The position numbers and the translations under genes are program-made. From Camelus dromedarius (Eukaryota): a DNA stretch of 64,000 bases. The notes beneath the pieces are model-generated. The model did not search any database. It was not told the DNA's origin and saw nothing but the letters and a program-made list of their open reading frames with translations. Shown piece by piece: positions 25,741 through 37,297 of this stretch. The first letter of the stretch is position 1. Every line of letters begins with the position of its first letter. Where the stretch lies: contig NC_087436.1 in the NCBI RefSeq assembly GCF_036321535.1, forward strand, positions 78,928,001-78,992,000, written 5' to 3'.

Positions 25741-26860
25741 CATCAGTTGAGTCTGCTAAAAAAAAAAAAAAGGCTTCTGATATAGTCAACATATACACAA
25801 AAAGAAAAAAGCAGCAACCTCTTATTTCCCAAGAAATAGAGAGCAATTTAACATAAGCAATTCAGCATAAGCAAATCAAAAAAAAAAAAAAAAAAAAAAC
25901 CAGAGCCCAACTACACAACATAAGTTTTACAATCTTTGCTTTAGAAATTACTTACAGAGAATAGCATTCAAATATTTGTAATAAGTTTTTTTAATGCCAC
26001 ATACACACAAAAATTTGGTAGCAAATATAAAATTAAACTACTATCACCTTTAGTGAGTTTCCTCCTCCCTCAAAAAAATTCCCTCAAAATCTCAGTGAGA
26101 AATGGACATCAATAGCATAACTCATTAAGTATCTTAATGACAGTATCTTTAAAGAAAAAAGGAATTAAACATGCCAGAAATAGGATAATTGCTGAATCAC
26201 AATATAATCATTTTATATTTTATTGAGTTCTGCGTGTGTATGTATGTAAAAGCAAAAAATTACTCCTCTTTCAATAAATTAAACATTCTTTCAGTATTTT
26301 ACCTCTTGCTTGTTTTATCGCTATCCACGATATTAAATCTTAACAAAATTGCCTAGCAAACCAAGGAACATACATAATGTCGTAGAAACTTTTTAAAAAC
26401 AAAATCTTGTAACCAGCATGCACTCATTTGCCTTGATTTTAAAAATAGAATTAACAGAATGTCAAATGAGCCTCAAAACACTCAAGAGCTAATCATGAAG
26501 TATTACACCATATGCTGCTATCTGCTTAGTAAATTCTTAAAGTTCTGGTTATACAGAGACTAATCATTCAAAGCTCCCATCACCTTCTAATCTTTCTTAT
26601 ATCTAAGACAATCTTGGTATAGCTATGTCTTTATGTCTATATAAAATACACGTTTATGATTTAAGATCATTTGTGCCACTATGTTAATTCAATCAGTTAT
26701 AAGATTTGAGTCAATTAAAAAGCCAAATTTAAAAAATGATACTGATCAGATTTAGGATATCATCAGCTTTGAAGTTCACATGCATAATTGTGAATGTCCA
26801 TTCATTAATTATATTCAATGATTCAAAGCCTTCCAAAGGTGTATTTTGTAACCAGTTCAC

Positions 26861-26899
26861 CTTCCAATATAGATGCCTGGTCTTGCATAGACTGATTTT
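26861..26899 (-). CDS. SEC31A: SEC31A cassette exon, 39 nt
   Basis: ctacag| (E)NQSMQDQASILE(G) |GTGAAC; phase 1-1; resembles the 13-aa insert I recall from human SEC31A isoforms. Confidence 0.88.
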
Positions 26900-28308
26900 C
26901 TGTAGACAAAATGTAAAAGTCACTTACACAGTATTATCATCAAAGACATTCTAAACTCTACTCATTTTATAATTGTTTCTTCTTCCATCAACCCCAAGAA
27001 AGAACAATCTAATTTTAAAAGGGAATGAAACTTTAACTATTTAATCAAGTCATGTGAAATGTCTCCTATCTAATTAAGAAAGTAATCAACTTGTGAGCAA
27101 AACAAATTCATTTAAATTGTTTCAGATCCAATTAACTCTTAAACATTAGTTTTGTCTCTTACTGTGCCATCTGTCTCTTTTAAATTTTTGTTCCTTCCTA
27201 TTTAAAATAACATTATTTCCCTAATTGTTTGCATGAACTGTTTTTCTGCTATTTGATCAATGAAGCTCAGTAATATCATGGTGGGAGGGGGAAAAGATCA
27301 CTTCCTAACAAATTATAACTGTCTCCATTTTAATATTATTTAAAGCTGTGACTATAAGTCAGTTGAGGATTTTGTAAAAATGTCTATTTCTCATTCACTA
27401 GGTATAGTATAGGGCCTGAGACTGGATTGTTTCAGCTAGCTGCCAAGTAATGCCAAGGCTGTTGGTCAAAACCCACTTTAAGTAGCAGGGTTTTAAAGAA
27501 AAATGGGAGGATTTCTACACTATTGTGCAGATTTCAGCACGACGCTTGTCACATAAAAAGCACGTCAGACAATCTTAACAAGGTGGTGCCACTTTACGGC
27601 CGGATTTGGGGAGCCCCAGGTATCTGCATTCTGGAGAAACTGTAATTTCTCGGGTCACATGATGAGTGTGACAATAAATGGGAACAGGCCCAGTAAATAT
27701 GTAACCATTTCATATGCTCTTTTCTGTAAAAATATACAGATTTGCAGACTGTTTAGCATATGTCTTCCAGAAACCAAGAGCATTCTCTTAAGAGCTTTAA
27801 AGGTTCTGGCAGTGGACAAGAGGAAAGAAGGCTGAAAACTAACACAGCAACTCTAAATTTGTCAGATATTCACAGCTGGGCCAGGCCCAGCCTTCAATCA
27901 AAAGCATGCAGTGGAGGTTCTTCATATGGACATACAGCTTACAGGAACTCAACTATCTTTACTTGGGGGGAGAGGAATCAAGAGAATATAGCAATTAATT
28001 GGTGAGTTCAGTTCAGTTTGAGCTCTACTCAAGCCCATGCCCCAGCAAAATGTGAGGGGAGAGAGGTAATCCCAGTTTGAAATCTCACTGTGTGGAGCTT
28101 TATGGACAGATGTTTTTCATACATTATGGCTCCTAATCATAAGCCAACTTCTTCAGTGGGGTCTTAACTGAAGAAAGGAGTGATCAAGGATAACTGACTG
28201 TAAATGATTTCTTATTTTTGTCTTAAACAGTGACTTCACAGTCTAACTCCCCATGCAAGACATGATATCATGGCACCATAGTTAATAAGCCCGAGGGGGA
28301 ACAACATA

Positions 28309-28592
28309 CAGTCCACCTCCAGGATCTACATCTGCGGTTTCAACCAACCAAGGATCGAAAACACTCAGGAAAGAAAAAATCCAGAGCGTTCCCAAAAGCA
28401 AAACGTGGATTTGTGGCAAGTATTTACATAACACTTACACTGTATCAGGTATTACTAGCAATCTGGAGATTAAAGTATACGGGCATAGGTTACATGCGAA
28501 TACTGCGCCTCTTTATAGAACGCGAGCATCCTCAGATTTTGGTATGGTGGGGGGATCGACGGAATTCAAACCCTAGAAGTACTGAAAATACT
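28309..28592 (+). mobile_element. MER2-like (TcMar-Tigger) MITE
   Basis: TA|CAGTC start; ttcaaccaacc..ggatcgaaaa; tatttacata...taaagtatacggg...gagcatcctcagattttggtat. Confidence 0.75.
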
Positions 28593-29599
28593 TTGGCCTT
28601 GACCCTTTTTTTTTTAGGGAACAGTCTCAACAACATGCCTTCCTCCCCAGCCCCCTGAGAGGCAGGAGCAGAAGATGAGACCAGTTTTCCCTCTAACTTC
28701 TCACAGCAGTGACCTCATCCCTGGATGTTAAAGCTAGAGAGGGTATCCTGATGTCACCAACCATTAGCAGGACAAAAAAGTACGTGAGACAATTTCATAT
28801 GACCCTTTGGTAAAATGACACCAAAGTTATAATGAAATCAAATCAAGTTGAACGTTAGGAGTAAAACAATGAAATCAGAAGCAAAAAGACTTTCAACAGG
28901 AACATACAACCAGTTGGCTACCCCTCATTACCTGAGGCTGGAGCTGTCTATTGAACAGAAAGTAACAGTTGTACAATAATCAAAGTTCCCTCCAAAATAT
29001 ATGCCTAACTAGCCTCTCCTAACATCAAACCATAAATCATATTTAGTCATGTTTCATTTCAGCCCAGAAAATCCTTGTTAGAATCTCTTACCGATTTAAC
29101 ACACAGCTTTGTCTTAGCTATAATTCTAACCCCTTTCAATCTTTTTGCTTTTGTATCTTTAAATTGTTTAAATATCACTTTTAAAAAACACAATTAAATT
29201 GACTTCTACTTTATAGAGATACACTTTAACAGCAACAGTAGGTAAAGCTACACAAAGAACATGAACATCTCAGGAGACAGTATCATGGGGGCTCATTATA
29301 GATGTGCAAAATGATACTCTTGGTCAAAATTTTAAAAATCAACACAGCATAGTCCAATCTTGAACATCATTCTCTCATAAAACTGTTAAGAAAAGATAGA
29401 AGTCTTAACCCTTTCAAAAAAACTACAAAAATGGGCATAAATCTCCTTCTTACCTTCTTTTTAAACATGACATGACTTTAAAGGGCAATGGAAAATGGTT
29501 CATGGTGTAATATTAAGAAAAGTAGTAAGATGTAAATTGTGAGTGTATTTGTGTGGGAGTTATGATCTCAATTCTTTAAAAATGCATGCATACAATAAG

Positions 29600-30325
29600 A
29601 TATTACAATCTTTACAACCACTGGAATGGCTAGAATTAAAAGAAAAAAGCCAGAAAACAAGTGTTGGTGTGGATGTGCAGAAATCAGACTCAATGCATTG
29701 CTGGTGAAAATGTAAAATAGCGCAGCCACTATAGAAAACAGTACGGTGGTTCCTCAAAAAATTAAACATTGAATTACTATTTGATCCAGAAATTCCACTT
29801 CTGGGTATATATCCAAAAGAAATGAAAGCAGGGACTTGAACAGATATTTGTATACTCATATTCATAGCATTATTCACAATAGTCAAAATGCCCACATGCA
29901 TGACTGTATTTCAATTAAAAAAAAATGCTCACGTGCAGATTAATGGATAAACAAAACGTGGTATATACATACAGTGGAATATTATTCAGCTTTAAAAAGG
30001 AAATTCTCATCCATGCTACTACAACACAGATGAATCCTGGGCACAATGAAACCGACAGTTACAGGAGGACAAAATTGTATGACTCTACTTATATATGAAG
30101 TATCTAGAACACATACACAGAGACAGAAAGTAGGGTGGTGCTTACCAGGGGCTGGGGAACATGGGGAGTTTTTCATGGCTACATAATTTCAGTATGGGGT
30201 GACAAAAAAGTTCTGTAGTTAGTGGTGATAATTGTACCACAATGTAAATGTACTTAATATCTCTTAAAGATGGTTAAAATGGTAACTTTTATGTTATGTG
30301 TATTCTACCAAATTAAAAAAATTTT
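29600..30325 (+). mobile_element. L1MB-type LINE 3' fragment
   Basis: acaagtgttggtgtggatgtg...aattccacttctgggtatatatccaaaagaaatgaaagcaggg...atggttaaaatggtaacttttatgttatgtgtatt. Confidence 0.85.
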
Positions 30326-31286
30326 AATACATGAGTACATACAAATATTCGTGTGTGTGTATATATATATATATATGTTTATGTATATATGTATATATGT
30401 ATGTATACATGTGCATGAAGGGAATAAATAGACCAAAATTATTAGTGGTTATATATAGGTGGTAGAATTATAGATAATTTCAGTTTTATTCTTTATACTA
30501 TTTGGGGGGTCTTTCAAAATCCTACAGTAAAAGATTTAAAAAATCAAGGAGAAATTAATTTAAAACCTGAGTATGTGTGTCACTGGATACTGGAGACCCG
30601 TATCCACCTTAGAGTAGGGATTAGTTCTCCACAGGGTCTCTGGGGAAGGAAGACGGAACTGCTCGGTCTCACATACAGAAGTGGACTTGCTACTGTCCTT
30701 TCTTGGATGTCACTTCTCACTGGGAACTACTGTAGGTATTTTCTGCAGGAGCAGAAATATAGCAGAACAATAGGATCTGTGCACTGGCTGAGATAGTTTT
30801 CAGTGGGTTCACAGAAAAATACTAGTGGTATAGTATGAAGACTTTTGGCTAGAAGATAATTTGAGACGGAGAGAATAGAGCATACTTGTTAACAATATGA
30901 CTCCCCCTTCCCCTGTGAATCTAGCATGTCACATTAAAAAAAAAAAAAGGTCACAAAATTAAAAATTAAAATTTAGAAAGAATGAATCCTGAGGTCATTT
31001 TCCGATGACACAAGGTAAAACTGAATTATCCAAAGAAAAGTAAAGAAGGCTATCATACTCCCATCTTTTATGTACAAGGCTAACACCAGGTACTTAATAT
31101 TTAACTAAGGAATGTTTAAGAAAATTTAAAAAAAATTTCAGTGCACTTTACTGTTTCATGAAAGTATGCAGTATTATGTCCTTTCTAGACTCTTCTATGT
31201 GAAGGAACACACTACAAAGATAGATTTTCCATTGAACAAAATCAATACTGTTAACTCAAAGACAGTTTCATGATAGCCTGTCATTT

Positions 31287-31352
31287 AAAAAAAATTTTTT
31301 TTTTATTGAGTTATAGTCAGTTTACAATGTTGTGTCAATTTCTGGTGTACAG
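31287..31352 (-). mobile_element. Extremely 5'-truncated L1-type 3' end with 11-bp TSD
   Basis: Minus strand CTGTACACCAGAAATTGACACAACATTGTAAACTGACTATAACTCAATAAAAAAA; GCCTGTCATTT at 31276-31286 and 31353-31363. Confidence 0.75.
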
Positions 31353-31448
31353 GCCTGTCATTTTTTCAGAAAACAATTTTTTTGAGTAAAATCCTTGGGC
31401 CTTCGTATTTCAAAGTGCTCTCCCTTAGTAACAAGCACACATTAAACC

Positions 31449-31560
31449 AGGGAAGAAGGGGAGAAGAGAAAGAAAGAGAGAAAGAAAGAGAAAGAAAGAA
31501 AGGAAGGAAGGAAGGAAGGAAGGAAGGAAGGAAGGAAGGAAGGAAGGAAGGAAGGAAGGG
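31449..31560. repeat. Polypurine tract ending in perfect (GGAA)14
   Basis: Seen directly; GGAA x14 at 31502-31557. Confidence 0.95.
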
Positions 31561-33409
31561 CACTACGTTATCTATCTGAGACTATCCTGGACAGTAAAAC
31601 CAGGAAAACTTCCTGCTTGTTGCGTTGCCACCACTGAAACAACGTTGCACTGTTCTAACGCAGGCTGTTACCACTTTATACCCAGAAGTGGGAGAGTGCC
31701 TGTTTCCCTTGCCTCTGACTCTGCCACGTTGCCCACAGTCTATCTTGTAAGACCACTGCCAGATTAACCTTCCAAAAGTACCACTTTGACCATGCCCCTT
31801 GGTATTTCCAACTCCTATAATAGACTTCTAGCCCTGACATTAAATATTTTCCAAAATTTGGCCCAAATATAAATTTTACATTCCAATTTATAACAAAGCA
31901 GTGTGCTGTTCACCAGAAATGTACCATTCTTTCCTGCCTCCTTACCTCTGCCTGGCATAATTCTGATTATAGACTGAACAGGTCTCATTAAGAATTTACT
32001 GAATGAATGTTTTGATAGTTACAATATTAGTTTCTCTGAGCCATGGGCATTTAATCTTGTGGTTCCTTAATAGTTAGAGGGCTTGAAAATCCTAATGTCT
32101 ATCAATAATCCACTGGACAAACGGAATTTCCAAATCCTAGAGAATACCATGATATAATTTAAGACATATTAAAACAAAGATAAAACTTCCAGTCACAATT
32201 ATCTGTATAACCTAAGCAAAATTTTTAGGAAATCAAAAAATAAAATAAGGTAAAGCTGTAACAGTTTAAATATAGGGACTAATAACATGCAAGAGACAAC
32301 AAAGCAGCTAGCTTAGTCCATGCTGAATACTGAAAAATGTACGGCTTCTTCCTATTAGTTACTCTGCTTCTCAGCCAGGTTAGAACACTGTTACTTCGTA
32401 CATAAGCAAAGACTATCTCATGGCCAAACGAACTTTTGCTTAAGGAAGAAAAAATACCCATGCAAACATTTAATTTAGACGATGAAGTAACAAATGCTTA
32501 AAATAGTGATGCTAAATGCTTCTGTAATTCCAGCACTGATAGCGCTTTCTGTTCCTTCCATCAGGACTAGACCATCTGGTAAAGAAGAATGAACAACGGG
32601 CTTTGAAGACTGAGAGACCTGGGTTTGTATCTCTACTTGGAGACTATCACTGTACAATCATGAAAACACTATATAACCCCAGGAAACTGAAGCTTCCCCT
32701 TGTCAATTAAAAAAAAAAATTCCTGTTTTTCATGGTTGTGAGACTTAAATAAGACAATATATGGCAAGTGCTGGTACATGTCCAATGTATGTGCAGTAAG
32801 TGATAATTTACTTCCCTGCACCACATTTCTATGTGGGGATTTACCTGCATCCTGCTTTCACTCATGAACTCTATTACCCAACTATTCAGAATGGATACTG
32901 TTTTTACTCATTCAGGTTTTAAAAGGTAACTTTTTGAACTCTCAATTAAATTAGCACTCCTCTCTAAATATCAATTTATTGAATTATCTGCATTGAAAAT
33001 TACATAAATTTTATTTGTGCAGTAAAGGGTGACACATATTGTGTGTGTGATTTTTAGTACTCTGGAATTGAATATTATATATCAAAGAAGAGAGAAGGAG
33101 ATATGTATATAATTCTGCATCCATAGACTTTATTAGAAGTAATACTTTCTCAATAAATCCTATTTTATAATAAATGTTTTCAGTAATTAAAGTTGTTGCT
33201 TAGCAGATAAAATGAGAAAAATACATACTGGACTCCTAGGAGCAACTTTAGTATTAGGAGAAATGTTTTGCCCCTCTAGTTCAAAACCACCAGTTATAAT
33301 CTGAAAGAGAAACTATTTTCAAATACCAAAAGCACAGAGCTCTAATTCTGAGCGAGGTTTTGTGTAATCACAGCTATTTTTTGCAGTCATTGCCCCTAAA
33401 TGTATTAAT

Positions 33410-33575
33410 GTATTCAATATTCTTCATAAGTTTATGAGTAGGTATTATTATTATTATGAGGAAACCGAGGCTTAAAGTTAAGTAACTTATTCAAGGTCAC
33501 ATAACTAAAAAGGAGTGAAGCTGGGATACAAACCCAGGGAGTCTGATTCCAAAGCCTGCATTCTAAACCACTGTG
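33410..33575 (-). mobile_element. MIR SINE relic
   Basis: atgaggaaaccgaggctt..aagttaagtaacttattcaaggtcaca...gctgggatacaaacccagggagtctgattccaaagcc. Confidence 0.75.
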
Positions 33576-34416
33576 TTAGTGCTTCTTAACCCCGATTCAC
33601 TGATCTCTTTTTGAGGCTCCTTTACAATCTCCAAATGAAAATCAGATACTATCACCTATCTACAAAAAATTAATGTAATGCTTTAACTGTAACGAGATAA
33701 AAAGAATTTATAAAACGTGTATTTTACTATAAAAATACTTTTAAAGTTATGATTTTAAACAGAAAATTTCAGGTAGAACTATAATACCAACCAGCACAGC
33801 AAAAATGCCTAGAAATTTTCAAAATGTTTGGGGGGGGGTTGCCCTAACGGAGAATCACTGCACTACTGTACACTGCCTGTCTGCTGGCCTAGAGATTCTG
33901 TCAGAGTTGTGTCCTCTCCCTTTTTTCCTTTCAATATACATACCTAGGTCCTTCCTCAACTTTATAAATAAACATAATTCTAAAATTTTGTACTACCCCA
34001 TTAAGACCCTGTACTGTTTAATCTCCATGAATGAATTTAAGGCACAAATAATTTTTTAAATTGAAAACTCAGGAAGAACACAGAGCATGGTTTTGCTCTA
34101 GTAAAGAAATGAGTGTCAAGTAAATCTATTTCCAACCAGTACTTTCTTGCCAACTAATTTCTCACCACTAAAATAAAGTTCAATGGTAGATTATACAGTT
34201 ACCCTTCTGAAAGCTCTAAAGCTTTTCTCATTTAGCAACTAAAGTTCACTATGGGAAAATCATACTTTTAGAAACAGTTTTAGAATCTGTTATAAAAAAT
34301 TCAGTCAATACCTCACATGACCCAGTTTACAGTTAGAAATAACTCCCCTCCATCCACCCATGTGATCATGAACAAATAAAGGAGGGAGCCAAACCAAATC
34401 CCTTTCAAGCGCAGAC

Positions 34417-34758
34417 CTGTTCTTTGGGATGCAGGCAGCTCACTGGCAGCAGGCAGTGTACCTGTTGTTCCAGGAGGTAGTGCATAAGCTGAAGATGACG
34501 GTGGAGCTCCTGGTCCGCCATGCTGGAAGGATGCTCCAGAGGCAGGGGGAGGGGGGAAAGAGGCAGTAGGGCTGGAGGCAGGTGGAGAGGCCTGGTGCTG
34601 TGCTGCGTACAGCTGAGACTGCCCAGAGTAGGAAGAAGCAGAGGGTATGTAAGGGGTGTTAGGGTAAGCGTTTGAAGCAGAAGGAGCAATAGGCTGCTGA
34701 GGTCGATACACTGCTGACCCCCCTGTTCCGAAGGAATACTTCTGGGCTGGCTGATAAG
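34417..34758 (-). CDS. SEC31A: SEC31A exon, 342 nt (proline-rich; internal alternative donor gives 297 nt, ending at 34462)
   Basis: gtgtag| (P)YQPAQKYSFGTGGSAVYRPQQP...ELPASQRT(G) |GTCTGC; internal CAG|GTACAC; phase 1-1. Confidence 0.94.
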
Positions 34759-35076
34759 CTACACCAAGGAGAAGAAACAGAAATTTTAATTAGTTACAAA
34801 TTTATTCAGACAGCAACAGAAAATCAAAGTTATCTCATTCTAAGGATGTTCCTTTCATCATTCTTCTAGTAACAGTAAGTTACAACCAAACAGTACCACT
34901 TAAAATATGTTATGCTTTTGATAGTCTGGATGCCCTAACTATACCAAAAGTCATTGGATCCAATACTTGAACCCTGCCACCTCCAGGCTGCTGCTGGCTA
35001 TGAAAATCTGTGAACATTCAGGCCCAGGAATTTTAAGACTGACCCTTTCATGAGATGTCCTGCTCCTATGAAAAAA

Positions 35077-35109
35077 CTGCAGTGACACCTACTGGCCACT
35101 AGATGGAAC
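35077..35109 (+). promoter_or_regulatory. Candidate CTCF site (core plus upstream module)
   Basis: CTGCAGTGAC-ACCTAC-TGGCCACTAGATGGAAC. Confidence 0.55.
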
Positions 35110-35737
35110 CACGCAGGAATAACCACACCAAAGCAGTTCCCTTTACAGGAAATGTAAGGGAGTTAGGTGGCAGCTCAAGATCTCAACAGTGAACATTATT
35201 GTTGTGAATCAAATGTATCTTCTCCAACATACAGTAAAGTCATCGGCTACTCAAATTCTGAGTTTGAACACAGTTTCAGATGAACAGGCAACTCTTATGA
35301 TCTCTGACAAAACAATTACTGTATTTCTCACAGTGAGTAAGCATCAGGGAGCCAATTAATGTTTTAATGCAAAGACCTGAACCCAAATACCATTACCTTT
35401 CATGTAACCAGTGGCAGATATGAACCCCTGCAGAGGAAATCTAGTAGAAATGTACTACTCTGAAGACAGCTCTTTCATATTGAGCATTGAGTGAAAAGCC
35501 ATATTCAATCTGTATTCACGTTAAGTAAGAACATCCATCTTAGCAGAGAACGTGCTCAGTAAGATTAGTTCTTCCTAGGTAACATCCTCTTGTTTCTGTA
35601 ATAGTTCATTCAGTCACATAACTTTCCCTTTTGAGATTTTTGGGTTTTGCTCATTTTAAATTTTAAAATAGTGGTGATGTTTTACTTTCCAAGTATAAGT
35701 ATTTTCTAAAAAAAAAAAAATGAAAGCCAATAGGGGA

Positions 35738-36005
35738 AACATGTCATTACTATACATTTGTCAAAATTCATAGAATGTACAACACCAAGAGGGACTCTAA
35801 AGTAATGTATTTTGGGTGATAATAATGTATCACTGTAGGCTCACTGACTGTAACAAGTGGATCACTGTGATGTAGGATGTCTGTGGTGGGGGAGGGAGAT
35901 TGTGCATGGGGACAGAGGGTATACTGAAACTTTCTGTTCTTTCCACTCAGTTTGCTCTGAACCTAAAACCGCTCTAAAAAATAGTCTATTTCTTAAAAAA
36001 ATAAT
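35738..36005 (+). mobile_element. L1MC-type LINE 3' end
   Basis: catgtcattactatacatttgtcaaaattcatagaatgtacaacaccaagag...gaacctaaaaccgctctaaaaaatagtctatt. Confidence 0.75.
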
Positions 36006-36404
36006 AATCATAAAGTAAATGGAAAACAACAACAAATGTCACCTGGAACCACTTTTACCAAAATGGCTTGTTATCCTGCCTGAAGGAAAAGAATATGTAC
36101 CAAATAATTCCTAAAATTCTATTTTTTTATACCAAAATCATGGGACAATTGACTCTCTTTAATGGGTCTTAGTAAGGCTCAGGAACAGGAGTCAACTGCT
36201 CTGAATGGAATGACAGGGAAGCTGCTTCCTCGTATGTTGATTCAGGGAAACCATGTGTCTCTACAGACTCAAGCCCAACACAGAATGGTTCTTTCTTTAC
36301 TTGTTAAAATTGATTTGATCACGGCTTTGGAGCTTCAAAGTAAATGGTGACTACGTTAGGTGAGACACGCTGCTGTGACAGAACCTTAGGGTCATACTAC
36401 TTAC

Positions 36405-36531
36405 GCTGTGGCTGTGGATAAGGTGGTACCTGGGTGTGCATATGACCTGGAGATGTGGGAAGCTGAGCTGCGGCAACATTTGGATTAACATTTCCATGCA
36501 TTATGAAACCTGGAGGTGGAGGATTTTCTCC
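36405..36531 (-). CDS. SEC31A: SEC31A exon, 127 nt, with ALG-2 (PDCD6) binding site NPPPPGFIMHGN
   Basis: tcctag| GENPPPPGFIMHGNVNPNVAAAQLPTSPGHMHTQVPPYPQPQ |GTAAGT; phase 0-1. Confidence 0.95.
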
Positions 36532-37204
36532 CTAGGAAATGAGAATATAGTAAAAGGGAGGATTACATTTGGAACCAAGAACCTTACCAGATGGATTTAT
36601 AATCTCTAAAATGGAATTGTTGTTGTTTTTTAAACTTTGCGTAAAAAATATTGTATTTTGTGCATTCTATCTTCTTCAGGACACATTTTCTGAGCAACAC
36701 TTTCTGAGTGATTTAAAGATTAGACAGGTCCAAAGTAATAATTGCAATGAATGGCAAGAGATGCTAATAGCCTCATAAAACAGTATCTATGATATTTATG
36801 ATAAAATCTAGGATTTTCCATCTCTACTAAATTCTATCCACAACTAATGCCTCAGAAATATAAGTATAAATGCCACAAGGGAATTGTTGCTTCTCTGCAA
36901 TGATCAAAAAAAAGAAAAAGAAAAAAAAGAAAAAAAAAAGAAAATCTTCAGCATTAAACCACTGTTAGAACCTTGGTTGATGTTTTTCTAGTTCAAGTCA
37001 ATTTAGAACTGCAAAAGACAGGGAGAGGGATAAGAAAATAAATTAACTGTATTAAAAACTGCTTCTTGCATCCTAAAAGCATTAAAATGCAATAAGCAGA
37101 CAGACAGATGGGGGATGGGAACTTGAGGGAGCTGGGTAGAGAATATATAACTATATATTTAGGTGAGCAGAATTCTGCTCAAAGAGGAATAATGAAGGAT
37201 ATAC

Positions 37205-37297
37205 CTGTGTGTCAGAGGGAGAGGCTGCAGGTGGATGGCTGGGAAGGGCGGTAGGAGTTTTGTTACTCCAGGTAGTGACAGTGGGGGCAATTCTAAC
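37205..37297 (-). CDS. SEC31A: SEC31A cassette exon, 93 nt
   Basis: attcag| VRIAPTVTTWSNKTPTALPSHPPAASPSDTQ |GTATAT; phase 0-0, open in frame; matches an insert I recall from rodent Sec31a. Confidence 0.88.

Noticed and set aside
27640..27690. GTCACATGATGAGTGTGAC as a box C/D snoRNA
   Set aside because: The box C-like motif is on the strand opposite the host gene, has no matching D box, and sits beside MER5-like sequence
27740..27970. Further cryptic exon candidates near a TGCATG
   Set aside because: Weak donors or frameshifting lengths; not distinguishable from background pseudo-exons
29560..30176. 113-aa and 64-aa ORFs
   Set aside because: Antisense translations of a decayed L1
31366..31579. 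ORFs with PSFL and KEGR repeats
   Set aside because: Translations of the GGAA microsatellite
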